Part shown: positions 47,162 through 55,920 of the stretch, piece by piece
How positions within the stretch are numbered: the stretch's first letter is position 1
How the letters are laid out: each line of letters begins with the position of its first letter
Source: Candidatus Saccharimonadales bacterium
Lineage (GTDB): Bacteria > Patescibacteriota > Saccharimonadia > Saccharimonadales > UBA4665
NCBI GenBank assembly: GCA_036388415.1
Contig: DASVRW010000002.1
Span: 353,396-417,395, forward strand
Reading direction: 5' to 3'
Length of the DNA: 64,000 bases
Translations under genes and position numbers: made by a program
Notes under the pieces: generated by a model
Seen by the model: the letters and a program-made list of their open reading frames with translations, nothing else
Told to the model about the DNA's origin: nothing
Databases searched by the model: none

Positions 47162-47225
47162 AGGTAGATACAAGTATAGCAGTCCGCGGCCGACCTGGCA
47201 CGCCAAATATGGCCGCAGAACAGAC

Positions 47226-47504
47226 TTACAACATAGTATTTAGATCAGCGTCAAGCGAGCTATCGTCAAGGCCGCTATCGAGCTGGCTGCCCGATTGGTC
47301 TAGGCTCTTGCCTGTCGCCGTCAGATCGGCTTGCGTCTGAATAGTCTCCGGCGCCGTGGTAGCCGCAGGGATTTGACTGGTAGTATCAAGTTTATTCATG
47401 CTGACTACTTTGTAGCCGACGCCCGCGATGACAGCCACCAAAAGCAGTCCGACAAGCACGCCGACAGCCCCAAAACCAGCTTGGTTTATTCTAGAACGGT
47501 TCAT
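47226..47504 (-). CDS. Small signal-anchored protein with Ser/Asp-rich tail
   Basis: 92 aa: basic N-terminus, one TM, then a low-complexity tail. It overlaps the upstream gene by 4 nt. Confidence 0.45.
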   Translation of the reverse strand: MNRSRINQAGFGAVGVLVGLLLVAVIAGVGYKVVSMNKLDTTSQIPAATTAPETIQTQADLTATGKSLDQSGSQLDSGLDDSSLDADLNTML

Positions 47505-48211
47505 TCGGTTGTCTCCTTTGGTTCAACGGTTGTACTGCCGGCTGGCGCTGCAGTCTGTTTGGCCGTCATGAGAGCAACAAGCACTGCCTTGACTGACGTT
47601 CGGTACGATTGCAGAGCGGTCCGAGCGTTTTTAACTGCTTCTTTGACGACTGCGACGGAGGCGGCAGGGTCAGACACCGTGCAGTCTATATCGACACTGA
47701 CTGCCGACAGCGCTTCGACTGCGGCCGTTGCCTGTGATTTTTCGGTTACTGCAGCTGCGGCCAGCGAGTCGTACGATGGCACGGTTAGCTGCTTCTCAGT
47801 TTGATAGTCTTGCAGCTTGGTCAGTGTCGTGTCGTATTTTGCCAAATGATTTTTGGCATTTCGGCTGTAGTTTACGATTTTTTTGTTGAGATTAGCTTCG
47901 CGGGCCTGGCAGGCTTTTTGGCGGACTGCCAAGGTTTTTTCTGATTTCTTTTCTTGTCGGTCAGCTTGAACTTTCTTCTGGGCGCGCTGCCGAAGGTCTT
48001 CGACCTTTCCAGTTGTATTTTGTTTGTCTGCTTCAGTTTCAGTTCCGGATTCAGCCGACGGTTGGCTACTCTCCGAAATTACTGCCATGTCGGCTGTATC
48101 ATCGCCGCCGCTATTCATGCCACGGGCTGATGCCGGTACGACTGCCAGCATACCTGCGGCCAGCACCGACACGAGCGTCATGCCTATTTGAATTTTTATA
48201 CGCATTATCAA
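47501..48211 (-). CDS. Secreted coiled-coil protein (hypothetical)
   Basis: Signal peptide ...AVVPASARG, followed by charged helical repeats. Confidence 0.5.
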   Translation of the reverse strand: MIMRIKIQIGMTLVSVLAAGMLAVVPASARGMNSGGDDTADMAVISESSQPSAESGTETEADKQNTTGKVEDLRQRAQKKVQADRQEKKSEKTLAVRQKACQAREANLNKKIVNYSRNAKNHLAKYDTTLTKLQDYQTEKQLTVPSYDSLAAAAVTEKSQATAAVEALSAVSVDIDCTVSDPAASVAVVKEAVKNARTALQSYRTSVKAVLVALMTAKQTAAPAGSTTVEPKETTE

Positions 48212-48300
48212 ATACCTTTCGTTGTTCTATTATCAATAATTTCAGCTTATTCCAATAAGCTTATGTTTGCAACATCGCCGGGAGAGACTACAATAAGATT

Positions 48301-48798
48301 ATGCCAAGTTTCTCTTTTGACGCAGTATCCGAATATGACAAAGCCGAGATGAATAATGTCTTCGATCAAACCGAACGCGAACTAACAAGCCGCTACGATT
48401 TCAAGGGAACACCAGCTGCTATCGAATGGCTGAACGGCGACAAGACTGGTTTGAAAATTACCGGTGCCGGCGATTGGCAGATTGATACCATACTAGACAT
48501 CGTTCGTAAAAAGCTCGCGGCTCGCGGCCAAAGCCAAAAAATTCTCGATTTATCGAAAGAAGTTGTCGAAAGCAACCTCAAAGCCACCAAAGAAGTTCCA
48601 TTTATAAAAGGCCTGGATCAGGAAAAAGCCAAGAAGGTCTCGGCCCTCATCCGCGAGCACTATCCAAAGGCCAAGCCGCAGATTCAAGGTGACCTAGTCC
48701 GCGTTACCAGCGCTAGCAAAGACGATCTCCAAAACGTTATGCAGCTTTTGCGCTCGCAGGACTTCGACTTTGCCATTAGTTTTACTAATTACCGCTAG
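48301..48798 (+). CDS. yajQ: YajQ-family (UPF0234) nucleotide/c-di-GMP-binding protein
   Basis: MPSFSFDAVSEYDKAEMNNVFDQTERELTSRYDFKG is the canonical YajQ start. Confidence 0.85.
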   Translation: MPSFSFDAVSEYDKAEMNNVFDQTERELTSRYDFKGTPAAIEWLNGDKTGLKITGAGDWQIDTILDIVRKKLAARGQSQKILDLSKEVVESNLKATKEVPFIKGLDQEKAKKVSALIREHYPKAKPQIQGDLVRVTSASKDDLQNVMQLLRSQDFDFAISFTNYR

Positions 48799-48893
48799 CG
48801 GCTTCCTCTTCTCGCGAAATAGCTACAAACACCCAATAATCATCCTACTAGATCTACATAATAACGAGTGCAGTAGCGTATACTGGAAACCAT

Positions 48894-50297
48894 ATGCAAG
48901 ATAGCGAAATTCCTGTCGAAACAGATCTTCCTTCAGATGTTTTGAGCAATGATACTATTGGTCAGCCGACCATGTTCGAAGCAGCCGCAGCTGTACTGGC
49001 TGCAAATGACCGCGGCGGCCTATACACTGTTCCCGGCGCAAAATTATACCCACATCAGTGGTTGTGGGACAGCTGTTTTACGGCTATTGGACTACGTCAT
49101 ATCGATAGTGAACGCGCACAAACCGAAATTCTGAGTCTACTACGCGGCCAATGGTCGAACGGTATGGTACCAAACATCATTTTTAATGACGATAAAAAAT
49201 ACGCTACCGACCGCAACGCCTGGCGCAGCTGGGTCAGTCCCTATTCACCAGACAAGGTTGCGACGAGCGGTATCACCCAGCCACCGATGATCGCAGAAGC
49301 TGTCACACGTATCGGCGAACTGATGACCAGTTCTGAGCGGCAAGCATGGTACAAAGAAGTCTGGCCAGCACTTCTGGCATATCATACTTGGCTATACAAT
49401 GACCGCGACCCGCACAACGAAGGTCTTGTCTTACTTATACATCCTTGGGAGGCCGGTATGGACAATACACCGCCGTGGATGGCGTACCTGCACCAGCATC
49501 AGCTGCCCGGCTGGATTCGGGCACTTGAAAAGCTCAAGCTACTCGGTATTGTCGGTAAATTCCGTAGAGACACTCAGACGATACCAATGGACGAGCGCTT
49601 TGAAACAATCGAAATCCTGGCGCTATTTGACACACAGCGTCGGCTGCGACGCAAAGCATACAATATCGACAAGATCATGGACCATTCGCTTTTCCTCATC
49701 GAGGACCTGGCATTTAACTCAATGTTTGTCCGGGCCAACCAACAGCTTCGTGGCATCGCAAAAGCCTTGGGTCGTCAGGTTCCCACGGATCTAGCGACCC
49801 GGATGACAAAGACTGAAGCCGCACTGGAACAATTATGGGACTCGGACAGTAAGCAATATTATTCAAGGGATTTCATAACTCATAATCTTATGAAAGAGAC
49901 GAGCGTCGCAGCATTACTGCCGCTGTATTCAGGCTGCATATCAGCGGAACGTGCCGAACAACTTGTAAAACTGATTGAAAATGACAATCTATACGGTCCA
50001 GCCTTCCCGTTGCCATCAACGGCTGTTGGATCGAAATGGTTTCAGCCCATGCGGTACTGGCAGGGCCCATCATGGATGAATATTAACTGGATGGTTATCG
50101 ATGGTCTGGAGCGCTATGGCTATCACGATCACGCATCAGCGCTGCGTGACATGTCGCTAGAAATGGTCGGCAAGTCTGGCTTCGCTGAATATTTTGACCC
50201 GATCACCGGCGAACCGCTCGGCACTGATAATTTCAGCTGGACGGCGGCTCTGGCAATTGACTTGCTACACCAGGAATCTACCAAACAAAACGGCTGA
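48894..50297 (+). CDS. Six-hairpin glycoside hydrolase (GH63/MGH1-like)
   Basis: YPHQWLWDSCF, HPWEAGMDN and WQGPSWMNINWM motifs resemble GH63-type glucosyl/mannosylglycerate hydrolases. Confidence 0.6.
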   Translation: MQDSEIPVETDLPSDVLSNDTIGQPTMFEAAAAVLAANDRGGLYTVPGAKLYPHQWLWDSCFTAIGLRHIDSERAQTEILSLLRGQWSNGMVPNIIFNDDKKYATDRNAWRSWVSPYSPDKVATSGITQPPMIAEAVTRIGELMTSSERQAWYKEVWPALLAYHTWLYNDRDPHNEGLVLLIHPWEAGMDNTPPWMAYLHQHQLPGWIRALEKLKLLGIVGKFRRDTQTIPMDERFETIEILALFDTQRRLRRKAYNIDKIMDHSLFLIEDLAFNSMFVRANQQLRGIAKALGRQVPTDLATRMTKTEAALEQLWDSDSKQYYSRDFITHNLMKETSVAALLPLYSGCISAERAEQLVKLIENDNLYGPAFPLPSTAVGSKWFQPMRYWQGPSWMNINWMVIDGLERYGYHDHASALRDMSLEMVGKSGFAEYFDPITGEPLGTDNFSWTAALAIDLLHQESTKQNG

Positions 50298-50308
50298 GCG
50301 CTATTGAG

Positions 50309-50436
50309 CCTGAATCTCGAAACCTACACCTTGAGTGGCAACCTGCGGGGCGGCCCCAAAATTATTTCATCAAAGATGAAAAATTTTAGGGGCGGACAGA
50401 TTGACGAGGCTCATGGGTAGGTTTTGAGATTCAGGT
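50309..50436 (-). repeat. Long-hairpin intergenic repeat, copy C (inverted relative to A/B)
   Basis: Its reverse complement matches copy B across the ~100-nt core with about 3 substitutions. The outer stem is CCTGAATCTCGAAACCTAC/GTAGGTTTTGAGATTCAGG. Confidence 0.9.
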
Positions 50437-50460
50437 GTTTAAAGGTTGAGCACGGCTGGT

Positions 50461-51699
50461 TTAGTCAGCGCGCACCTCGATAAGTTTTGGAGCTTCCTCA
50501 GCTTCTGCGACTGTTTTGTCAGCCAGTTTCTGTACTTTTGTGAGCTTACTCTCAATCGTGCGCGACTTGCGTGATGCATCCTCGATCGTATTCGTTGCTT
50601 GCAACAATTTTTCATGTGTCTTGTCGAGCAGATCGCCGAATTTACCGAACTCACCTTTGATGCCAGTTAGCAGTTCCCAGACTTCGCTGGTTTGTTCGGC
50701 TATGGCCAGTGTGCGGAAACCAAGCTGGTAGCTGCTGAGGATAGCAGCAATCGTCGTCGGACCGGCCACCGTGACACGGTAGGTTGACTGCAGCATTTCA
50801 AACAGTCCTGGCGTACGCAGCACTTCGGCGTACATGCTCTCGATGGGTACATACAGCACGGCAAAATCAGTCGTTTTGGGCGGCACAATATATTTCTCTT
50901 TGATGCTTTTCGCCTCGGCCTTGATACGGCCGATCAAAGCCTTTTGCTCGATAGCTGCTTGCAACAAATCGCCTTTTTCCTCGGCTGCAACTAAGCGCTG
51001 ATAATCTTCGAGCGGGAACTTCGCATCAATCGGTAAATATATAAATCCTTTGCTGTTACTTTTGTCAGGCAGCTTAATACAGAAATCGACGGCGTCACGG
51101 CTGCCATCACGGACTGTAACCTGTTTTTCATAATGGTCTTTGATGAAAACCTGTTCCAATAAATTTTCCAGCTGTACTTCTCCCCAGGTTCCACGTGTCT
51201 TGACGTTGGTCAGCACCCGTTTGAAATCACTGACATCGGTTGCCAGGTTTTGCATTTCACCAAGTCCCTTATGCACTTGCTCCAAGCGGTCGCTTACCAG
51301 CTTGAATGATTCACCAAGCCGCTTTTCCAGTGTGCTTTGCAGTTTTTCATCAACTGTTGCACGCATTTTTTCCAGTTTTTCGGCGTTATCCTTTTGCAGC
51401 GATTCAAGCCGGCCTTCAACAGTCCGGCGGATCTGCTCCAGCTTTTCGTCGTTTTTATCGCGCATTTGTTCCAACCGTTTGTCGAGCGCTTCGCGTGTTT
51501 GATATATACCGTTGCTAACTTCCGTCCGCAAATCTTTACTAGATGCTGCGTATTCTTGACGGCTGCGAGCAAATTCCTGCGCCATCGTCTGAGTCAGATT
51601 ACGGGTAACGGCTCCATCAATCCCGCCAGCGCGGCGCGTCGCCATATAGAGCAATCCAAGCAAATTTATGACACCGAGTACCACCAGAACATATTCCAT
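50461..51699 (-). CDS. rmuC: DNA recombination protein RmuC
   Basis: N-terminal TM, a long coiled coil and a C-terminal RmuC nuclease-like region (IKLPD...YLPIDAKFPLE). Confidence 0.88.
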   Translation of the reverse strand: MEYVLVVLGVINLLGLLYMATRRAGGIDGAVTRNLTQTMAQEFARSRQEYAASSKDLRTEVSNGIYQTREALDKRLEQMRDKNDEKLEQIRRTVEGRLESLQKDNAEKLEKMRATVDEKLQSTLEKRLGESFKLVSDRLEQVHKGLGEMQNLATDVSDFKRVLTNVKTRGTWGEVQLENLLEQVFIKDHYEKQVTVRDGSRDAVDFCIKLPDKSNSKGFIYLPIDAKFPLEDYQRLVAAEEKGDLLQAAIEQKALIGRIKAEAKSIKEKYIVPPKTTDFAVLYVPIESMYAEVLRTPGLFEMLQSTYRVTVAGPTTIAAILSSYQLGFRTLAIAEQTSEVWELLTGIKGEFGKFGDLLDKTHEKLLQATNTIEDASRKSRTIESKLTKVQKLADKTVAEAEEAPKLIEVRAD

Positions 51700-51730
51700 A
51701 TACTATCAGTATACCCTACCCCGTTTATGT

Positions 51731-52459
51731 TTATTCAAGTAGCTGGGTAATCACAAACATAGACACGACGCCAAGTATCGTCAAGCCGATGGTTTTGTAC
51801 GACGAATGTTTACTGTGGGCTTCCGGCAATATTTCGCTTGCACCAATGTATAGCAAAAATCCAGCGAAAAAGCCAAGGTACCAGATAAGTGCCGTATCTG
51901 ACAAATGGAAGAAAAACGTTGATACTGCACCTAGTATCGGAGCTACCGCATCCAAAAACAAAAACTTTATCGCCCGGCGCTTGCCATTTTTGTGGGTCAG
52001 CATTAGCGCCACTGTGTTCAGCCCATCAGAGAAGTCATGTGCCAGCACAGCGATTGCCACAGCAATACCGACAGTAGCGTCAATCTGAAACCCAAGCCCG
52101 ATACCAACTCCATCGAGGAAGCTGTGTCCGCTTAGTGCCAGTGCCGATGCCATGCCAACCTGCGGGTGGTGGTGTTCGCCGTATTCTGTTTCATGCGAAT
52201 GATGAATAAGAATACTCTTTTCGATAATATGAAACGCCAGGAAGCCGACAACCAGCGCAATCATCGGACCTGTAGCCGATATATTCTGCTCTTGCATGGC
52301 GTCGAATATTTCCGGCAGCAGGTCAAAAGCGACGACACCGATAATAACACCGGCCGTATAGCCCAGTAGCCGATGCAGATTATCCTTGTGACGCAGTGCC
52401 GTCAAACCGCCGAGTAAAGTCGAACAGAATGCTGCGACAGCGAGTAGTATGACAATCAT
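51731..52459 (-). CDS. ZIP-family divalent metal transporter
   Basis: His-rich loop HHSHETEYGEHHHP, and HDFSDGLN in a TM helix. Confidence 0.85.
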   Translation of the reverse strand: MIVILLAVAAFCSTLLGGLTALRHKDNLHRLLGYTAGVIIGVVAFDLLPEIFDAMQEQNISATGPMIALVVGFLAFHIIEKSILIHHSHETEYGEHHHPQVGMASALALSGHSFLDGVGIGLGFQIDATVGIAVAIAVLAHDFSDGLNTVALMLTHKNGKRRAIKFLFLDAVAPILGAVSTFFFHLSDTALIWYLGFFAGFLLYIGASEILPEAHSKHSSYKTIGLTILGVVSMFVITQLLE

Positions 52460-52500
52460 TTTAAAACATACCTCATGTTAGCTATTGTCATACAGCAACA

Positions 52501-52527
52501 ATTTAATTGCAAATTTGTTGCAATTAA
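52501..52527. promoter_or_regulatory. Perfect 11-5-11 inverted repeat TTTAATTGCAA-ATTTG-TTGCAATTAAA upstream of the ZIP transporter
   Basis: Seen directly. It overlaps a possible minus-strand promoter TTGCAA-N17-GACAAT, 40-70 nt upstream of ATG 52459. Confidence 0.45.
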
Positions 52528-52545
52528 AGCCTAAAGTGCAACCCA

Positions 52546-52572
52546 CCAAAAAGACCCGGTAAAAACCGGGTC
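52546..52572 (-). terminator. Terminator-like hairpin AGACCCGGT-loop-ACCGGGTCT followed by a T-run on the minus strand
   Basis: 9-bp perfect stem with a 4-nt loop. The minus strand continues TTTTTGG. No upstream minus-strand gene is nearby. Confidence 0.35.
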
Positions 52573-52664
52573 TTGGTTGGAAGCCTCACACTTCCTATAT
52601 TTAGCTTATGCCGATACATGCGTTTTATCAAGTCCTCATAGTACATACACCCGCCTAGTTTTTA

Positions 52665-53513
52665 TTGTCAGAGAAAATCTTTTATTATAAGAGTTGCATG
52701 CAAACAACAAAGCTACGTTTCAAAGACCGCTTCTGGCACAAATTACTCGGTCGCCCCTACCGGCTGCATGTGATTGATCATGGCGGAGATAAACCTGTCA
52801 TAGTCTTATTGCATGGGCTTGGATCATCATCGGCCAACTGGCACGAACTAACACCCTTGCTCAAAGCGTCGTATCGCTGCATCACGATCGATCTGCTCGG
52901 TTTCGGTTCCTCCCCAAAACCGCAATGGGTATCTTACAGTATGGAGGACCATATCCGCTCTATCCAGGCGACACTGAACGCCCTCCATTTACATCAGCCA
53001 TATATACTGCTCGGCCATTCACTAGGGAGCCTTCTCGCAACGCGCTATGCCCGTCATCATGCCAACTATATACGTCGGCTCATACTACTGAGCCCGCCGG
53101 TGTACGCGCCGATTGATACTATTAAAAACAGATCGGCCCGACAGCGTACTTCCATATATCTGCGAGCATATAGATTTCTTCGAACGCATCACCGGGCTAC
53201 CCCAGAAAATATGGCCCGCTTAGGTAATCTCCTGCCGCACGTCAATCCATTTGCCATCACCCGTGATACCTGGACGCCCTTTGTTCGTTCGTTGGAGCAG
53301 TGCATTGAAAACCAAACGCTCATTGCCGATATCAAGGATGTATCTGTGCCAATTGATATTTATTACGGTATTTTTGATGAGGTTGTCGTACCATATAACG
53401 TCAAACAACTCGCCAAGATCCGCGACGTCGAACTGCATCCACTCCGCGTCAACCATGTCGTCGGCAAACGCTATGCTAAATCAGTCGCAACGGCGCTTCT
53501 AAAACAGGCTTAG
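52665..53513 (+). CDS. Alpha/beta-fold hydrolase
   Basis: VLLHGLGSSS and nucleophile elbow GHSLGS. The start is uncertain (TTG 52665 or ATG 52698). Confidence 0.75.
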   Translation: MSEKIFYYKSCMQTTKLRFKDRFWHKLLGRPYRLHVIDHGGDKPVIVLLHGLGSSSANWHELTPLLKASYRCITIDLLGFGSSPKPQWVSYSMEDHIRSIQATLNALHLHQPYILLGHSLGSLLATRYARHHANYIRRLILLSPPVYAPIDTIKNRSARQRTSIYLRAYRFLRTHHRATPENMARLGNLLPHVNPFAITRDTWTPFVRSLEQCIENQTLIADIKDVSVPIDIYYGIFDEVVVPYNVKQLAKIRDVELHPLRVNHVVGKRYAKSVATALLKQA

Positions 53514-53706
53514 TAGCGTAAACAGCTCCGACTACTTATATTGATTGCTGGCATTGCAGCCCGCGGCATTTTTGCTCCCGAACAATACACTGCGTATCGC
53601 AGCACTATGAATAAACGTCACTAATATTACTACGCCTGAGACTTTATTCAGAGAGTCATTAACGTTATAATATGTAGTATTAGCACGTAACGAAAGGGGG
53701 TAATTT

Positions 53707-53772
53707 TTGAAAAATCCTAAATCTAACGGGCAGGAAATCACAATCGACATGAGAGAGGTACTCGCGTCGTAG
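53707..53772 (+). CDS. Candidate 21-aa micro-ORF (MKNPKSNGQEITIDMREVLAS, TTG start)
   Basis: Strong SD AAAGGGGG lies 6 nt upstream of the TTG. TATAAT at 53666-53671 is upstream and an intrinsic terminator lies downstream. Confidence 0.25.
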   Translation: MKNPKSNGQEITIDMREVLAS

Positions 53773-53819
53773 TTTCGTAACCTTAGACGTTTGCCTGCCT
53801 TAAGTAGGTCAAATACCTT

Positions 53820-53860
53820 AGCCGCTTCTCCTCTCGAGGAACAAAGAAGCGGCTTTTGTT
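53820..53860 (+). terminator. Rho-independent terminator (AGCCGCTTCT ... AGAAGCGGCT + TTTGTT)
   Basis: 10-bp perfect stem followed by a T-rich tract on the plus strand. It lies 300 nt past the nearest plus-strand CDS. Confidence 0.55.
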
Positions 53861-53900
53861 ATATCAAGTACATGCTCGATGCAGACAATCTAACGTCTGG

Positions 53901-54491
53901 CTAGCTGCCAAACCCGGTAATTATAGTGCTAAAACGAGTATCAACGGTTGCTGCTACTCGTTTCTGTTCTATCTGTTCTAGAGCCATAAAAGTCGTGCCA
54001 GCGACTAATTCCGCGACATGGGGGTATATCGTCGAAGGATCAAGCTCAAACTGATAAGCACCGACTAGTCCATCGATTGTCGGTGCTGTCTCGTAATATG
54101 CTGTCGCTGCTTCGTTTAGCCGTTCGTAGGCATCAATATAGCCGTCGTGGGTTTTAATAACCTGTAGATCCTTTGCAGATGAAATGTTTGGCTCCGATCT
54201 AAATAATATCCGCGCAACTGAACCCGCAAATAAATAAGCTCGGTTCGTTGTTTCATATGCCGAAGGACTAAACTCACCATTGTTTACAATACATGAGAGC
54301 GTCGTAAGGTATTGCCTTACATCTGAAGGCGTTTGCGGGCCTGTAGGCAGTACGAAATTCGGCGGTGGTCCATCAATATTAATCTGCGCATTCAAACCGT
54401 TCATTAACGGCGTCATGGATTGCTCAGCTAATCTTTCAAGAGTATGAAACGTAATATCGCCGTATGCTTCAGGGTCACTACATTCGAACAT
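53901..54491 (-). CDS. Hypothetical protein
   Basis: 196-aa ORF, 44 nt downstream of and co-directional with the DUF2130 gene. No motif recognised. Confidence 0.5.
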   Translation of the reverse strand: MFECSDPEAYGDITFHTLERLAEQSMTPLMNGLNAQINIDGPPPNFVLPTGPQTPSDVRQYLTTLSCIVNNGEFSPSAYETTNRAYLFAGSVARILFRSEPNISSAKDLQVIKTHDGYIDAYERLNEAATAYYETAPTIDGLVGAYQFELDPSTIYPHVAELVAGTTFMALEQIEQKRVAATVDTRFSTIITGFGS

Positions 54492-54535
54492 TTGAGAAAA
54501 CTATAAACTATATAAATTTCTGTGTCAAGTTTTTA

Positions 54536-55852
54536 TCATAATACGCTTAACTGCGTAACTGTTCGATCTTCGTCTATGACCTCAGTGTCATCGTCTCCGA
54601 TATCGAGCTCGAGTGTTTTGATGGTCGGCAGTGCCCGATTAGTAATACCTTGGAGATCGCCGTACATGCCAATGGTGTTGTCAATAACTGCTCGGATGGC
54701 TTTTTCCTGGCGCGCCCATTTGAGCGCACTCGATCTTTTTTCACGTTCAATTTCATCTTGGAGAACAGTATAATTCTCAATAATCGCTTCGACTCTATGC
54801 CGAAACTCTGGGCCCACCAGGAATTGGTAGAGGGCTTCCATTTTAGCGTCTTTACCGGCATTCATCTTGTTGGCGCTATCGACATGCAGGATAGTAATAC
54901 GCAGTGCCGCAGCAAGACGCGTCGCCAGCTTCGGTGAGACCACCCAGACATTGCCTTCAATATTCTTAAGGTCGCCAATTTCGCTCGGCGTTTCCTGCGA
55001 TACTATTACGCCAATGCTGGCATTCGCACCGCGAATATCGGCTTTGAATTTTGCAATCCAGGCCGGCTGCCACTTACCGTTTTTGGTTTCCCACAGCAAA
55101 ATGCCGCAGGCAGTACCGCCAGGATTTTTGACATGTTGCTTCACGTCAGCACCGCGAACTCCCTTTTTGACTTCTTCAATTTCATCATAAGGGAATTCTT
55201 CCCGCAACCGGTTTTCGAGATCCAGTTCAAGCACCTCACCTTGATTTTGCTGCGAACCTTGGGCGGCTTTGCGCTGAGCGTCTTCAAGCGCTTTTTGTGT
55301 ATCGGCCAGCTTCTTTTCGCTTTCGGCAATCTTGAGGCGGTATTTTTCATCAGATGTGCGGGCTACTTCTTCGCGGATTTTCCCCTCTTCAGCGGCTAAT
55401 TTTTTCTGTGCTTCAAGTTCAGCATTCTCGCGGGCTTTCTTTTCTCCGCGCAGGCTCTGCATCAACTCCCCGAGCTGCGTGCGAAGCTGTTTGTTTGACT
55501 GTTTTTCGCTCTCGGCGTCTTCACGGAGAGACTGTACCAGCATCTCTTGATCGGCCAGAGATTTCTTCTGGGCACTCAACACTTCGCTTTCCAGCTTTTT
55601 GCGGGCCATTTCAAGCTCTGCCTCAGCTTCTTTCTTCAGCAATTCTTTTTCGCCTGCCAGCTGCTTGCGCGTTAGCAGGGTTGCAGCGTCACGTTCACGC
55701 TTTGCTATGGCTTCGACTTCACTACGGACGCGCGCTAGCTCCAGCTCGTGTTTCTTATGCTCGGTTGCACGTACCTGAGCCTCAATCTGTCCCTGCATCG
55801 CAGCGTTGACTTCTATAGTCTCCCCACAAGTTGTACATATGATCGTATTCAT
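54536..55852 (-). CDS. DUF2130-like protein: N-terminal CxxC knuckle, long coiled coil, C-terminal PD-(D/E)xK-like module
   Basis: MNTIICTTCGETIEV, about 200 aa of E/K/A-rich coiled coil, then GEVLELDLENRLREEFPYDEIEEVKKGVRGADV...LWETKN. ATG 55852 has AGAGGGA upstream. Confidence 0.7.
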   Translation of the reverse strand: MNTIICTTCGETIEVNAAMQGQIEAQVRATEHKKHELELARVRSEVEAIAKRERDAATLLTRKQLAGEKELLKKEAEAELEMARKKLESEVLSAQKKSLADQEMLVQSLREDAESEKQSNKQLRTQLGELMQSLRGEKKARENAELEAQKKLAAEEGKIREEVARTSDEKYRLKIAESEKKLADTQKALEDAQRKAAQGSQQNQGEVLELDLENRLREEFPYDEIEEVKKGVRGADVKQHVKNPGGTACGILLWETKNGKWQPAWIAKFKADIRGANASIGVIVSQETPSEIGDLKNIEGNVWVVSPKLATRLAAALRITILHVDSANKMNAGKDAKMEALYQFLVGPEFRHRVEAIIENYTVLQDEIEREKRSSALKWARQEKAIRAVIDNTIGMYGDLQGITNRALPTIKTLELDIGDDDTEVIDEDRTVTQLSVL

Positions 55853-55920
55853 TATTATCCCTCTATACACTCATTATAGCGTGCGGGCAGTCAGACGCGC
55901 GACGTAGTACCTACAACGGA

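Noticed and set aside
47162-47225. A T-box or attenuator leader upstream of pheS.
   Set aside because: The gap is only 64 nt. That is far too short for a T-box (over 180 nt), and no specifier or T-box consensus is seen. Only a GC-rich inverted repeat is present.
47226-47504. A possible type IV prepilin signal in the 92-aa protein (MNRSRINQAG/FGAVGVLVGLLLV).
   Set aside because: A Gly-Phe junction after a basic leader is present. The conserved Glu at +5 is missing (FGAVG), and the C-terminal part is low-complexity rather than a pilin fold.
53532-53750. A 72-aa minus-strand ORF in the AT-rich gap.
   Set aside because: It has no purine-rich RBS before its ATG and an odd composition. It overlaps the better-supported plus-strand promoter/SD/terminator unit. 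It is kept only as an alternative.
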